Below are positions 18,427-28,313 of a DNA stretch of 64,000 nucleotides, one piece after another; the stretch's first letter is position 1; the number at the start of each line of letters is the position of its first letter. Both the position numbers and the translations under genes were made by a program. The stretch lies in the NCBI RefSeq assembly GCF_036677305.1, contig NZ_JAKFEB010000175.1:336-64335 (forward strand). The letters are read 5' to 3'. The notes beneath the pieces are model-generated. The model worked only from the letters and a program-made list of their open reading frames with translations. It was not told the DNA's origin and did not search any database. The stretch is from Brevundimonas sp. GTDB lineage: Bacteria; Pseudomonadota; Alphaproteobacteria; Caulobacterales; Caulobacteraceae.

Positions 18427-19482
18427 GTGAAAGCCGCCCTGCCCTCGTCCCCTGTCCCGTTATCCCTCGCCTCGGCTCTGGCGTTCGGGCGTGAAGTGAG
18501 GCCCGGCGTAGCGCTGTGCCTTGCAGTGACCATGGCCGCCGTCGGCCTGACCAGCCTCGAGCAATATCTGACCGGAGGCGTCTGGCTGGAGACGCTCGTG
18601 CTGGCGATTCTGCTCGGCGCCGGAGTCCGTGCGGTCTGGACGCCCAATCCCGGCTTCAACGCCGGCATCGCCTTCAGCGCCAGGACCTTGCTGGAAATCG
18701 CCGTGGTGCTGCTGGGCGCGTCCGTCAGCGCGGCGACCCTCTCGTCTCTCGGGGTGCCCCTCGTGTTCGGCATCTTCGTCCTGGTGGCGCTGACGATCCT
18801 GGTCGGCTTCGCCATAGGGCGACTGATGGGTCTGAATACGCGGATGGCCCTGCTGATCGCCTGCGGCAATGCGATCTGCGGCAACTCGGCGATCGCCGCT
18901 GTCGCCCCGGTGATCGACGCCGACGGCGAGGAGGTCGCGACGTCCATCGCCTTCACGGCGGTGCTCGGGGTGGTGGTGGTGCTGACCCTGCCCATCCTCG
19001 GCGGCCTGCTTCTCATGACGGACATGCAGTACGGCGTGCTGGCCGGGCTGAGCGTCTATGCGGTGCCGCAGGTTCTCGCCGCGGCCGTGCCGTTCGGTTT
19101 CGCCGCAATCCAGACCGGGACGGTGGTCAAGCTGGTGCGGGTGCTGATGCTGGGGCCGGTGATCCTGGCCCTGTCGCTGCTGTTCCGGGATCGCAGCAAG
19201 CCCCCCGGCCGGCCAGGCCTGCATCGTCTGCTGCCCTGGTTCATCGTCGGTTTCGTTCTGATGATCGGCCTGCGGTCCCTGGGCCTGATCCCGCAAACCT
19301 TCCTGCTTCCGATCGCGGCGGCGTCCAGCCTTCTGACCGTGATCTCCATGGCGGCGCTGGGACTGCAGACCGACATCCGCGCGGTGGCGCGCGCCGGCGG
19401 TCGGGCCATCGCGACCGTGACGCTGTCGCTGATCGCGCTCGTCTTGCTGGGCCTGTCGCTGATCCGCCTGCTGGAGCTGTAA
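18427..19482 (+). CDS. YeiH/UPF0324-family putative sulfate-exporter-type membrane protein
   Basis: ORF track, 351 aa (GTG start), polytopic. The sequence pattern is typical of the Cons_hypoth698/YeiH family (LAILLGAGVR..., CGNSAIAAVAPVI). Confidence 0.7.
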   Translation: MKAALPSSPVPLSLASALAFGREVRPGVALCLAVTMAAVGLTSLEQYLTGGVWLETLVLAILLGAGVRAVWTPNPGFNAGIAFSARTLLEIAVVLLGASVSAATLSSLGVPLVFGIFVLVALTILVGFAIGRLMGLNTRMALLIACGNAICGNSAIAAVAPVIDADGEEVATSIAFTAVLGVVVVLTLPILGGLLLMTDMQYGVLAGLSVYAVPQVLAAAVPFGFAAIQTGTVVKLVRVLMLGPVILALSLLFRDRSKPPGRPGLHRLLPWFIVGFVLMIGLRSLGLIPQTFLLPIAAASSLLTVISMAALGLQTDIRAVARAGGRAIATVTLSLIALVLLGLSLIRLLEL

Positions 19483-19494
19483 CGGATCGGCGGC

Positions 19495-21189
19495 TCAGAG
19501 CCCGCGAGCCTTGCCGTCGTCGCAGCTTCCCGCCTGAGCGGGCAGTTTCGGCGACGCCAGGCCGGTGTTCCAGTTCCATCCGAGTTCGCCGCCGGCCCGA
19601 CGCCGGCACATCGCCTGTTCGTGCAGAGCGAACATGCCGGGGAACAGCCCCTCGCCCGGAACCGGGGCTTCCCGGAAAGCGATATAGGCGCCCGGGGAGC
19701 CGTAGGCCGCCCACTCCGGGCCATTTGCGGCGCGCGGGGCGCCGGTGCGGGCGAAACTGACCCAGTAGTCGACCATGGCCGCGGACAGGGCCGCTTCTTC
19801 AGCGGTGTCGGGAATCTTCGGCCATAGCGGAGGCGTCCGCTCCAGCATGCCGAACATGTAGGGCAGTTCGCTGGCGTGGAAGCCGTGCAGCCCCGCCGCC
19901 TCCATGGCCGGATAGCCATGGTCGAACAGGTAGAGGAAAGACGGCTGACCGATCGCGGTCTGGTTCCGGACGAGCCGCTCGGCCGTCCAGCCATACAGGG
20001 CGTCCCGGGTGTTCGCGAGGATGCTCTCGCCCATGTTCGCGGCGGGATAGAGCCGCAGGAATTCGTCGGCCAGGTCGCCGTAGCGGTCGCGGATGACGCG
20101 TTCGTATTCGGCCGCGCTCGCGGGCGTGGGCGGCGCGAGGAACCGCAACGACCGGATTTCGCCGCTGTTGAACCCGGCCAGGACCGGAACCGGCGCCTGC
20201 TCGCCCCGGTCGAACACATCGACCAGCTGCCCCGGCAACAGCACGCCGTCGACCGCTCCGAAGGGCGCGAAGCCACTTCGGGCCGCATTGTCCGTCAACA
20301 CCTGGGGGTCCATGCCCCGCAGCACCCTCAGGCTGGGCGCCTGGAGGACACGCGCCAGGTTGGTTCCCGCGGTTTCCGCGGCCGGCGCGCCGAACCGGGC
20401 CTGCTTCAGTTCCGGCGTGGAGATCATGTAGGCGCTCTGCGCGATCGCCTTGGCGAACAGGCCGCGGGCCAGCGGCGAGGCCATCAGATACATGACGCTG
20501 AGGCCGCCGGCGGATTCGCCGGCGATGGTCACATTGTCCGGGTCGCCGCCGAAGGCGCTGATGTTCCGCTGGACCCATCGGAGAGCCTCGATCTGGTCCA
20601 TCAGGCCGTAGTTGCCCGAGATCCCGACCGGCGACTCTGCGCTCAGGTCCGGATGCGCCAGATAGCCCAGCACGCCCAGGCGATAGTTGATCGACACCAC
20701 CACTGCGCCTTCGGCCGCCAGGGTGGAGCCGTCATACAGCCGCTCCTTGCTGGAACCGGCCACCAGCGAACCGCCATGGATCCAGACGATGACCGGAGCC
20801 TTGCCCGCGGTGGACGGAGTCCAGACGTTCAGGGACAGACAGTCCTCGCTCGTGGCGCCGAGGGTGTCCGAGTAGATGTGCGGCGCGCCCGGCGTCGGTT
20901 GAATGCAGGCGGGCCCGAACGCGCCCGCGTCGCGGACGCCCGACCATCGCGGCGCGGACAGCGGCGGCCGCCAGCGGTTCTGGCCCACGGGCGGCGCGGC
21001 GTACGGAATGCCCTTGAAGGCGAGCACGTCGCCGACGGCCCGACCGCGCAGCGCGCCGGCCGGAGCGGTCACCTCCGGCGGCCCGGCGTCCGATCGTGCC
21101 GGGCTCGCGACCGCACCGGCGCCGAACGCTCCGAAGAACAGGGCTCCCGCCGCGAGAGCCGAGGCATGACGCCTGGACGATCGGGTCAT
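19495..21189 (-). CDS. Type-B carboxylesterase/lipase, secreted
   Basis: C-terminal 564 aa of the 972-aa ORF 19495..22413. The internal ATG at 21189 (MTRSSRRHASALAAGALFFGAFGAGAVA, a signal peptide) overlaps the stop of the upstream MFS gene (ATGA). Nucleophile elbow AGESAGG, and N-terminal FKGIPYAAPP. Confidence 0.88.
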   Translation of the reverse strand: MTRSSRRHASALAAGALFFGAFGAGAVASPARSDAGPPEVTAPAGALRGRAVGDVLAFKGIPYAAPPVGQNRWRPPLSAPRWSGVRDAGAFGPACIQPTPGAPHIYSDTLGATSEDCLSLNVWTPSTAGKAPVIVWIHGGSLVAGSSKERLYDGSTLAAEGAVVVSINYRLGVLGYLAHPDLSAESPVGISGNYGLMDQIEALRWVQRNISAFGGDPDNVTIAGESAGGLSVMYLMASPLARGLFAKAIAQSAYMISTPELKQARFGAPAAETAGTNLARVLQAPSLRVLRGMDPQVLTDNAARSGFAPFGAVDGVLLPGQLVDVFDRGEQAPVPVLAGFNSGEIRSLRFLAPPTPASAAEYERVIRDRYGDLADEFLRLYPAANMGESILANTRDALYGWTAERLVRNQTAIGQPSFLYLFDHGYPAMEAAGLHGFHASELPYMFGMLERTPPLWPKIPDTAEEAALSAAMVDYWVSFARTGAPRAANGPEWAAYGSPGAYIAFREAPVPGEGLFPGMFALHEQAMCRRRAGGELGWNWNTGLASPKLPAQAGSCDDGKARGL

Positions 21190-22505
21190 TGAGCCCCTCC
21201 CGCCCGCGAGGTGTCGCGTCCCAGAACCTTCGCCAGCCACAGGAACAGGGCGATGGCGGCCAGATAGAAGGGCGTCAGCGCATAGAGCGCGATCTGCAGC
21301 GAGTTTTCCGGATGGGCCGCGCGGAAGAAGTCGCTGGCGTAGCCGACGATGGTCGGACCCACGCCCATACCGACGAAATTCATCACCAGCAGCAGCAGGG
21401 CGCCGGACATGACGCGCTGGTCCGGTCGGACCTCCGCCTGGACGAGGGCCACCGATGACGACAGGTAGAAATAGTTGAGGAAGGTCGGACCGATCAGGAA
21501 GGCCAGCGCCAGCGGCCAGGTCGGGGCCCAGACGAAGGCGAGATAGAAGGGTATGGCCAGCGCCAGCGACAGGGCGGGGAGCACGGCGTAGGCCTGTTTC
21601 GAACGACGCGTGAACCGGTCGATCAGCCAGCCGGACACGAAGATGCCGCCGCTCATGCCGATGCCGACGACGAGCGCGTACCACAGCGCCACATCCTGCA
21701 GCGTCATGCCCTTTTCCCGCATCAGGAAGAGGGTGGCGAAATTGCCGAGCCCATAGGTGATGATCTGGGTGACGCCGCTGCCCGCCGAGGCGAGCACAAG
21801 CGAAGGCCGCGAGAAGAACATGCGCACTGTCCCCCAGAAGCTCGCCTTCTCGGCTCCGACGGCGTTGGCCGGGTCCAGACCGCCCCGCTTGGGCTCCTTG
21901 ACGACGAACATGACCGCCGCCGCCGCGACCAGTCCCACCGCGCCGATCACGACAAAGGCCAGGCGCCAGCTGAACGCCGCGGCGATGGACGCTCCGAAGG
22001 CGATGCCCAGGGCCGCGCCGATCGGCGGGCCCAGGTTGTAGATGCCCAGCGCCATGCCGCGCCGTCCCGGGGGGAAATAGTCGGTGATGATCGCGTACGA
22101 GGGCGGCACGCCTCCGGCCTCTCCGAAGCCGACGGTCATGCGGGAGACGGCCAGCTGACCGAAGTTGCGCGACAGGCCGCAGGCCATGGTGGCCGCGCTC
22201 CAGATGCCGCAGGCGATGGCCAGCACCGCCACCCGGTTGGTCCGGTCCGCCAGCCAGCCCACGGGAATGGCGATGAAGCAGTAGAAGAATGCGAAATAGA
22301 GCCCGCCCAGCAGTCCCAGCTGGCTGTCGGTGATGTGCAGCGTGTCCTGGATCGGCTTGGCCAGGATCGACAGCAGCTGCCGGTCGAGGAAGTTCAGGAC
22401 ATAGATGAACCACAACGCGCCCAGCGCGACCCAGGCCCTGGAACCGACGCCTCCGGTCCCCGCGGAGTGCGGCACGGCGGGGGCGATCGCATCGGTCTGG
22501 CTCAT
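21186..22505 (-). CDS. MFS transporter
   Basis: ORF track, 439 aa. YVLNFLDRQLLSILAKPIQDTL and 12 TM-like segments. 4-bp overlap with the esterase start. Confidence 0.85.
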   Translation of the reverse strand: MSQTDAIAPAVPHSAGTGGVGSRAWVALGALWFIYVLNFLDRQLLSILAKPIQDTLHITDSQLGLLGGLYFAFFYCFIAIPVGWLADRTNRVAVLAIACGIWSAATMACGLSRNFGQLAVSRMTVGFGEAGGVPPSYAIITDYFPPGRRGMALGIYNLGPPIGAALGIAFGASIAAAFSWRLAFVVIGAVGLVAAAAVMFVVKEPKRGGLDPANAVGAEKASFWGTVRMFFSRPSLVLASAGSGVTQIITYGLGNFATLFLMREKGMTLQDVALWYALVVGIGMSGGIFVSGWLIDRFTRRSKQAYAVLPALSLALAIPFYLAFVWAPTWPLALAFLIGPTFLNYFYLSSSVALVQAEVRPDQRVMSGALLLLVMNFVGMGVGPTIVGYASDFFRAAHPENSLQIALYALTPFYLAAIALFLWLAKVLGRDTSRAGGAQ

Positions 22506-22524
22506 GGCGTTTCCTTGGCCTCAG

Positions 22525-23241
22525 CTAGTTGTCGGTGTGGGTCGGGCCGGACGTCTTTCGTCGCTCGGCGGCGCGGCCTTCGCAGATGCCGATAAAACCG
22601 TGGGCCATGAAGGCGGCCATCCGCGTCTTGATGGCGTCGAAGTCGTCCGATCGGCACAGGCCGCCGGACAGATGATCGATGCGGCCCGTGCGCGCGAGCG
22701 TCAGGGTCAGCGCCCCGGTGACGAAGTGATAGCCCCAGAAGATGTCTTCATCCGCGCAGTCGGGCATCGCCTTCTTCAGCAGGCCGACCAGCCGCAGGAC
22801 CACCGGATCGTACAGACGGTCCATCACCTCGGCGCCCCAGGCGGGGGTGTTGTTGATCTGGGCGCTCAGCGCGCCGAAATTCCGCCAGCCCTCGCCGCCG
22901 GTCGAATAGGTGTCGAGGTCGGTGTCGAGGAAGGCGCGCAGGGCGCCCTCGACCGTCGGCTTGCCGTCGACGGAGGCCTCATAGGCGTCCAGCGCCTCCA
23001 TCCGGCGGCCCACGGTGATCGGCGCGCGCCGCGCCATGACCTTGTCGAAGACTTCCTGCTTGTCGGTGAAATAGTAGTGCACCAGCGACTTGTGCACTCC
23101 CACCTTGTCGGCGATGTCCTTGACCGTCACCCCGTGCAGGCCATGTTGCGAGAACAATTCCTCGGCCGCGTCCAGGATCTGCTCGAGACTTTCGGCGCGT
23201 TGCTCGGCCTTGCGGCGCGGAGTGCGGACGGGCGTGGACAT
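22525..23241 (-). CDS. TetR-family transcriptional regulator
   Basis: Within ORF 22525..23328. HTH ILDAAEELFSQHGLHGVTVKDIADKVGVHKSLVHYYF. I prefer the ATG at 23241 (GAGG 8 nt upstream). The 23328 start has no SD and would overlap the upstream gene by 14 bp. Confidence 0.8.
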   Translation of the reverse strand: MSTPVRTPRRKAEQRAESLEQILDAAEELFSQHGLHGVTVKDIADKVGVHKSLVHYYFTDKQEVFDKVMARRAPITVGRRMEALDAYEASVDGKPTVEGALRAFLDTDLDTYSTGGEGWRNFGALSAQINNTPAWGAEVMDRLYDPVVLRLVGLLKKAMPDCADEDIFWGYHFVTGALTLTLARTGRIDHLSGGLCRSDDFDAIKTRMAAFMAHGFIGICEGRAAERRKTSGPTHTDN

Positions 23242-23314
23242 GACCTGAACCTCAAGACGGTCCGGCGCATCCTCATACCGACGCGCCGACTCGATGACGG
23301 AGATGTCGGCCATC

Positions 23315-24907
23315 CTAAGCGCCCCCATAGGTGGCGCGAAGCTGCGTCTTGTTGATCTTGCCCGTGGCGGCCAGCGGCATGGCGGCGACCCGGACGATTC
23401 GCTCGGGAATCCACCAGTCGGCGACGCGTCCCCTCAGGCTCTCCCTGAGGGCCTTGTCCTCGATTTCCTGTCCCTGGGCAGGCTCGATGACCATCAGCGG
23501 GCGCTCGCCCCATTTGGGATCGGCGCTGCCGATGACCGCAACCAGACTGACCGAAGGCAGGGCGCCGACGATCTCCTCGATCTCGACCGGATTGATCCAT
23601 TCGCCGCCCGATTTGATCAGGTCCTTCGAGCGTCCCGCCAGGGTCAGATTGCCCGCGTCATCGAGGATCGCCAGGTCTCCGGTGTCGAACCAGCCGTCAG
23701 CGTCCAGCGCCGATTCAGACGAGCCGAAATAGCTCTGCACCACGCTCTGGCCGCGCACCTTCAGATAGCCGAGGGCGTTGCGCTGATCCGGCAGCGGAGT
23801 GCCTCCGGCGTCCGTAAGCAGCAGATCGAGACCCATGGGCGGCCGCCCTGCTCCCCGGGCCGCACTGGCGCCGACGCCCCGGGGCGAGATCGTGCCGAGG
23901 GGCGACAACTCCGTCATTCCCCAGCTGGTCTGAACCGTCGCGCCGAGCCGGCTCTCCATTCGTTTCAGCAGGGTGTCGGGGCAGCTGGAGCCGCCGATGA
24001 TGATGCGCTCCAGGCTCGGCGTTTCCCCGCCCGTGGCGTCGAGATGATCCAGAAGCCCCAACCAGACCGTAGGCACGCCGACGGCGACAGTGACCCCGTG
24101 CCGGTTGATAAGGTCGGCGAGGCTGCGGCCGTCCGTGACGCGTCCGGGCAGGACCATGCTGGCGCCGACCGCAGGCGCCGCGAACGGCAGGCCCCAGGCA
24201 TTGGCGTGGAACATGGGAACGGCGACGAGAACGACATCCTCGGCCGTCAGCGCCATGGCGTCGGCCTGAAGGGACCGGATGGTGTGGAGGTAGTTCGACC
24301 GGTGTGTATAGGCGACCCCCTTCGGGGCCCCCGTGGTGCCGGAAGTGAAGCAGAGTCCGGCCAGCGACCGTTCGTCGAAGCCGCCCCACGCCGTCGACCT
24401 CCCATCGTCCGACAGGAGGGTTTCCAGATCCGTGACCGGAGCCCAGCCGCCAGCCACGGGAGGGAGGTCTCCGTCCAGCAGGATCAGTTGCTCGAGGCAC
24501 GGGCAGGCCGCCGCCAGGGCCTCAGCCATGGGAGCCAGACCCGCGCCGACGGCCAGAATGCGGTCTCCGGCCTCGGTAATCATCGCCGTGAGGTGGGCGA
24601 CCGTCAGGCGCGGATTCAGGGTGTGGCAGACCAGGCCCGCGCCCATGGCGGCATACCAGATCTCGACATGGTGCTGGCTGTTCCAGGCCAGGGTGGCGAT
24701 GCGATCGCCAGGCGCCAGACCCAGCGAGAGAAGCGCACCGGACAGCCGGTTCGCCCTCAGGCGCAGGTCGGCGTATCCAATGGTCCCGTCGCCGCCCTTC
24801 AAGGCCGTGATCACCTGCGTCTGGCCGTGCCATTTTGCGCCGTGATCAAGGAAGCGATCCACGGTCAGGGCGTAGTCCTGCATCGGGCTGAGGCTGGGGA
24901 CGGTCAT
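23315..24907 (-). CDS. AMP-dependent acyl-CoA synthetase/ligase (fatty-acid-CoA ligase-like)
   Basis: C-terminal 530 aa of ORF 23315..25519, starting at MTVPSLSPMQDYALT (ATG 24907). AMP-binding signature FTSGTTGAPKGV, plus DTGDLAILDDAGNLTLAGRSKDLIKSGGEWI. Confidence 0.88.
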   Translation of the reverse strand: MTVPSLSPMQDYALTVDRFLDHGAKWHGQTQVITALKGGDGTIGYADLRLRANRLSGALLSLGLAPGDRIATLAWNSQHHVEIWYAAMGAGLVCHTLNPRLTVAHLTAMITEAGDRILAVGAGLAPMAEALAAACPCLEQLILLDGDLPPVAGGWAPVTDLETLLSDDGRSTAWGGFDERSLAGLCFTSGTTGAPKGVAYTHRSNYLHTIRSLQADAMALTAEDVVLVAVPMFHANAWGLPFAAPAVGASMVLPGRVTDGRSLADLINRHGVTVAVGVPTVWLGLLDHLDATGGETPSLERIIIGGSSCPDTLLKRMESRLGATVQTSWGMTELSPLGTISPRGVGASAARGAGRPPMGLDLLLTDAGGTPLPDQRNALGYLKVRGQSVVQSYFGSSESALDADGWFDTGDLAILDDAGNLTLAGRSKDLIKSGGEWINPVEIEEIVGALPSVSLVAVIGSADPKWGERPLMVIEPAQGQEIEDKALRESLRGRVADWWIPERIVRVAAMPLAATGKINKTQLRATYGGA

Positions 24908-25012
24908 TCGGACGCGGCCGGAGCCTTCATCGTGATGGGGAGGGCAGCGAAGGCCATTGGGGGAAATCCACGCATTACAGAAGGGCCGGCGATCGCCGTC
25001 GGCAGATTGCGG

Positions 25013-25040
25013 GGCGGCGGCCGGATAGCCGGCCGCCGCC
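25013..25040 (-). terminator. GC-rich hairpin between the TBDR and the acyl-CoA synthetase (possible terminator/attenuator)
   Basis: GGCGGCGGCCGG-ATAG-CCGGCCGCCGCC is a perfect 12-bp stem. No clear U-tract on the minus strand, so its function is uncertain. Confidence 0.4.
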
Positions 25041-25053
25041 CTCACGGTGGACC

Positions 25054-27228
25054 TCAGAAGGTCCGCATCAGGTTCACACCGATCTGCCGCGGCGGTCCGG
25101 CGTAGCGCAGGCCCGCATTGATCGCGGCGATGTAGGTCTGGTCCGTGGCGTTCAGCGCATAGGCGGCGAGCGTCCAGTCGTTGCGCTGATAGGTCAGCTT
25201 CAGGTTGACGATGTTGCGCGCCTCCAGCTGATCGCCCAGCGCCTCGTTGTTGAAGATCGAGGTGTAGGCTTCGCCGATGTGCGAATAGTCGATGCGCGGC
25301 GTCAGGGTAGCCCCGTCGCCGAGGGCGAACTCGTACTGGGCCCCGAAGTTGAAGGTGAACTCCGGCGCATAGCTCTGGCTGTTGCCCGCCAGGTTCTGGC
25401 AGTTCCCGCCGGCGGGGCCGGTCTCGGGATCGCACGGCCTGCGCGCCAGACGGGGGTCGACCGCGAAGAACTCGCCCAGCTCGGAGCTGGAGATGGAGGC
25501 GCCGACATCGACGGACCATTGCCCCAGCCGCATCTGGGCGGAACCCTCGATGCCTTTCAGCACGGTCTCGCCGGCCACGTTCACGATCGAGTTGAACAGC
25601 GGCACCGTCGGGTCGCCCACGACGACCTGGAAGCCTTCATAGGCCATGTAATAGGCGCCCAGCTGGGTGCGGACGCGGCCATCGAACAGGGTCGACTTCC
25701 AGCCCAGCTCGTAGTCGATGACGTCTTCCGGTCCGAACGAACTCGCCGGCACATAGAAGTTGGGCGCGTTCAGGCCGCCCATCTTGAAGCCCGTCGCGAC
25801 GAAGCCGTAGACGAAGTTGTTGTCGTCGACCTTGTAGTTGAGGCTCAGCTTTCCGGTCGTCTTCTCGGCGGTGACCTCGTCGTTCTGGAGCAGGACGAGC
25901 CCGAAGGCCGGATAGGTCGTATAGACGTTGTCATTGGTCGAGGTGGATTCCGACCAGCGGGCGCCCAGCTGAACCTGGAGACGATCGGACACGTCATAGC
26001 TGATCTGGCCGAAGACGGCCTGGGTCTCCTTCGGCGTCTCGCCGAAGATGTAGTAGTCGATCACGCCCTCGGGGAAGCCGACATGGTAGGCGCCCTGCGG
26101 GAAGGTCGTGACCGGGAAGACCACGTCGTCATATTGCCAGAAGGCGCCCAGGATCCAGGTCAGGCGCTGGTCATCGGGCGAGACGATGTTGAATTCCTGC
26201 GACCACACCTCTTCCTCGACGCGGTCATAGAAGGTGTTGTTGAGCAGGCTGGTCCCGTCCAGGTCGGTCGAGAACTCGCTGATCCCGTCCTGATAGCCGG
26301 TGATCGAACGGATCGTGATGCCGTTGTCGAACACATAGCTGACGTTCAGCGACACCCGGGCGGTCTCGTCCACGCCCGAATGAGGCCCGTTGGCGGTGAT
26401 CTCGAACGGATCGTTGGTGGCGAGGGCGGGGTCCGCCGGATAGCCGCCGAAATCGAGGAAGTTGTAGTCGCCCTTCAGCAGCACCCGCAGGGCCGGCGTC
26501 GGCGTCCACAGGAAGCTGGCGCGCAGGCTGCGGGCCTCGATTTCACCCGGCGTGCCCGAATAGGCGCCGGTGATCTCGTGGAAACTGTCGCGGATCTCTG
26601 AGTTGAAGGCGAAGCGCGCCGCCAGCGTGTCGGTGATCGGCACATTGACCGCGCCCTGCAGCTTGACGTTCTCGTAGCTGCCGACCTGCCCCATCACATA
26701 GCCGTTCACGCCCGTGAAGTCGGGGTTGCGCGCGTTGATGAAGACCGCGCCGCCCGTGGCGTTGGTGCCGGCGAACGTGCCCTGCGGCCCGCGCAGAAGC
26801 TCGACGCTGCCGATGTCATAGTAGGGCTCGGTCTGGAAATAGCCCGGGAAGACCGGCACGCCGTCGCGATAGGTCGTGACGCCCACGCCGATGGCCGTGG
26901 TCGGCTCGGATTTGCCGATACCGCGCACGTTGAAGAAATTGCCCTGACCGAAATTCTGCACCGTGGTCGAAGGGGCCACGAACTGGAGTTGCTCCAGCGA
27001 GGTCACGCCCTTGTTCTCGAGGTCCGCGCCGCTCAGCACGGTCGCCGCGACGGCGGTCTCCTGCAGATTCGTCGTGCGGCGCTCAGCGGTGACGACGACG
27101 TCTTCCAGCGCCGTTTCCTGCTGTTCGGCGGCTGTGTTGCCGGCGGCCGGCGTCGTTTGCTGGGCCTGTGCGGCTCCGGCCCAGAGCAGTACGGCGGCAG
27201 ATGTCGTGATCCAGAGCTTGCGGCCCAT
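25054..27228 (-). CDS. TonB-dependent receptor
   Basis: Within ORF 25054..27291, using the ATG at 27228 (MGRKLWITTSAAVLLWAGAAQAQQ) preceded by GGGAGGAA. Plug motif LEDVVVTAERRTTNLQETAVAATVL. C-terminal NLMRTF. Confidence 0.9.
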   Translation of the reverse strand: MGRKLWITTSAAVLLWAGAAQAQQTTPAAGNTAAEQQETALEDVVVTAERRTTNLQETAVAATVLSGADLENKGVTSLEQLQFVAPSTTVQNFGQGNFFNVRGIGKSEPTTAIGVGVTTYRDGVPVFPGYFQTEPYYDIGSVELLRGPQGTFAGTNATGGAVFINARNPDFTGVNGYVMGQVGSYENVKLQGAVNVPITDTLAARFAFNSEIRDSFHEITGAYSGTPGEIEARSLRASFLWTPTPALRVLLKGDYNFLDFGGYPADPALATNDPFEITANGPHSGVDETARVSLNVSYVFDNGITIRSITGYQDGISEFSTDLDGTSLLNNTFYDRVEEEVWSQEFNIVSPDDQRLTWILGAFWQYDDVVFPVTTFPQGAYHVGFPEGVIDYYIFGETPKETQAVFGQISYDVSDRLQVQLGARWSESTSTNDNVYTTYPAFGLVLLQNDEVTAEKTTGKLSLNYKVDDNNFVYGFVATGFKMGGLNAPNFYVPASSFGPEDVIDYELGWKSTLFDGRVRTQLGAYYMAYEGFQVVVGDPTVPLFNSIVNVAGETVLKGIEGSAQMRLGQWSVDVGASISSSELGEFFAVDPRLARRPCDPETGPAGGNCQNLAGNSQSYAPEFTFNFGAQYEFALGDGATLTPRIDYSHIGEAYTSIFNNEALGDQLEARNIVNLKLTYQRNDWTLAAYALNATDQTYIAAINAGLRYAGPPRQIGVNLMRTF

Positions 27229-27406
27229 GGCGTTCCTCCCTCGAGATGTTTCCTCGGCGCTCTTGCGACGCCATGACAGGCACGGTCCCACTGAAGCGGC
27301 GCCGTGTCAATCTTCACTAGCCGACGAGTGAATATTGACCTTCCGGCCAATGTCGGGGCAGGTTCCGGTCGTTCGTAGAGGGCGGCGAACGCATCAGGAG
27401 CGACGT

Positions 27407-28309
27407 ATGACCATTGACCTGACTCGCCGGGTGGCGATCGTGACGGGCGCTGGAGGCGGCCTGGGCCGCAGTCACGCGCTCGCGCTGGCGCGGTATGGAG
27501 CGCGTGTCGTCGTCAACGACATGTCGCCCGCCGGCGCCGAAGCGGTGGCGCGCGAGATTCAGGAGGCCGGCGGCGAAGCCGTGGCATGGACGTGCAGCGT
27601 CACCGATCGCGACGCCGTCGAGGCCATGGTCGCGGGCGCGATAGAACGTTGGGGCTCCGTCGATATCCTGGTCAACAACGCCGGCATCCTGCGGGACCGC
27701 ACCTTCGCCAAGATGGACCTGGACGACTTCGCGACAGTGATCGACGTGCACCTCATGGGATCGGTGAACGTCACCAAGGCCGTCTGGCCGCACATGCGCG
27801 AGAAGGGCTATGGCCGGATAGTCTTCACGACTTCCTCGTCGGGCCTCTACGGAAATTTCGGCCAGTCGAACTATTCCGCAGCCAAGATGGCCCTGGTGGG
27901 GCTGATGCAAACCCTCGCGCTCGAAGGCGAGAAGTCCGGCATCCGCGTGAACTGCCTGGCGCCCAGCGCCTCCACCCAGATGACGGCCGGCCTCTATTCC
28001 GAAGACGACCTCAAGGGCCTGTCGTCGGACCTGGTCAGCCCTGGCGTCGTGGCGTTGGCCGCGGACGACGCGCCGACGCGGGTTGTCCTGCTGGCGGGCG
28101 CCGGCGCCTTCGAACAGGCGCATGTCACCATGACCCGGGGCGTCTATGTCGGAGACGCGCCGGATGCGGCCGAACAGATCCAGGCGCAATGGGCCGGGAT
28201 TTCCGACCGCTCGAATGAAGCCGTCCCCGCCTCCGGCGCAGCCCAGTACCTGCACGAGGTCCAGCATCCCGGCCGGGGGACGCCTCAGCTCCAGGCCGTC
28301 AACGGATAG
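27407..28309 (+). CDS. Short-chain dehydrogenase/reductase, MFE-2/3-hydroxyacyl-CoA dehydrogenase-like
   Basis: Within ORF 27335..28309, using the ATG at 27407 (MTIDLTRRVAIVTGAGGGLGRSHAL). Catalytic YSAAK, and NNAGILRD. Confidence 0.85.
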   Translation: MTIDLTRRVAIVTGAGGGLGRSHALALARYGARVVVNDMSPAGAEAVAREIQEAGGEAVAWTCSVTDRDAVEAMVAGAIERWGSVDILVNNAGILRDRTFAKMDLDDFATVIDVHLMGSVNVTKAVWPHMREKGYGRIVFTTSSSGLYGNFGQSNYSAAKMALVGLMQTLALEGEKSGIRVNCLAPSASTQMTAGLYSEDDLKGLSSDLVSPGVVALAADDAPTRVVLLAGAGAFEQAHVTMTRGVYVGDAPDAAEQIQAQWAGISDRSNEAVPASGAAQYLHEVQHPGRGTPQLQAVNG

Positions 28310-28313
28310 GATC

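Noticed and set aside
19495-22413. Single 972-aa ORF read as one fusion protein
   Set aside because: Only the C-terminal 564 aa are esterase. The N-terminal ~400 aa are Arg/Pro/Gly-rich and overlap, out of frame, a convincing MFS gene (21186..22505). An internal ATG with a signal peptide overlaps the MFS stop (ATGA).
23315-25519. 734-aa ORF as the full-length acyl-CoA synthetase
   Set aside because: The upstream ~200 aa overlap the 3' end of the TBDR gene in another frame and are compositionally aberrant. The true start is MTVPSLSPMQ at 24907.
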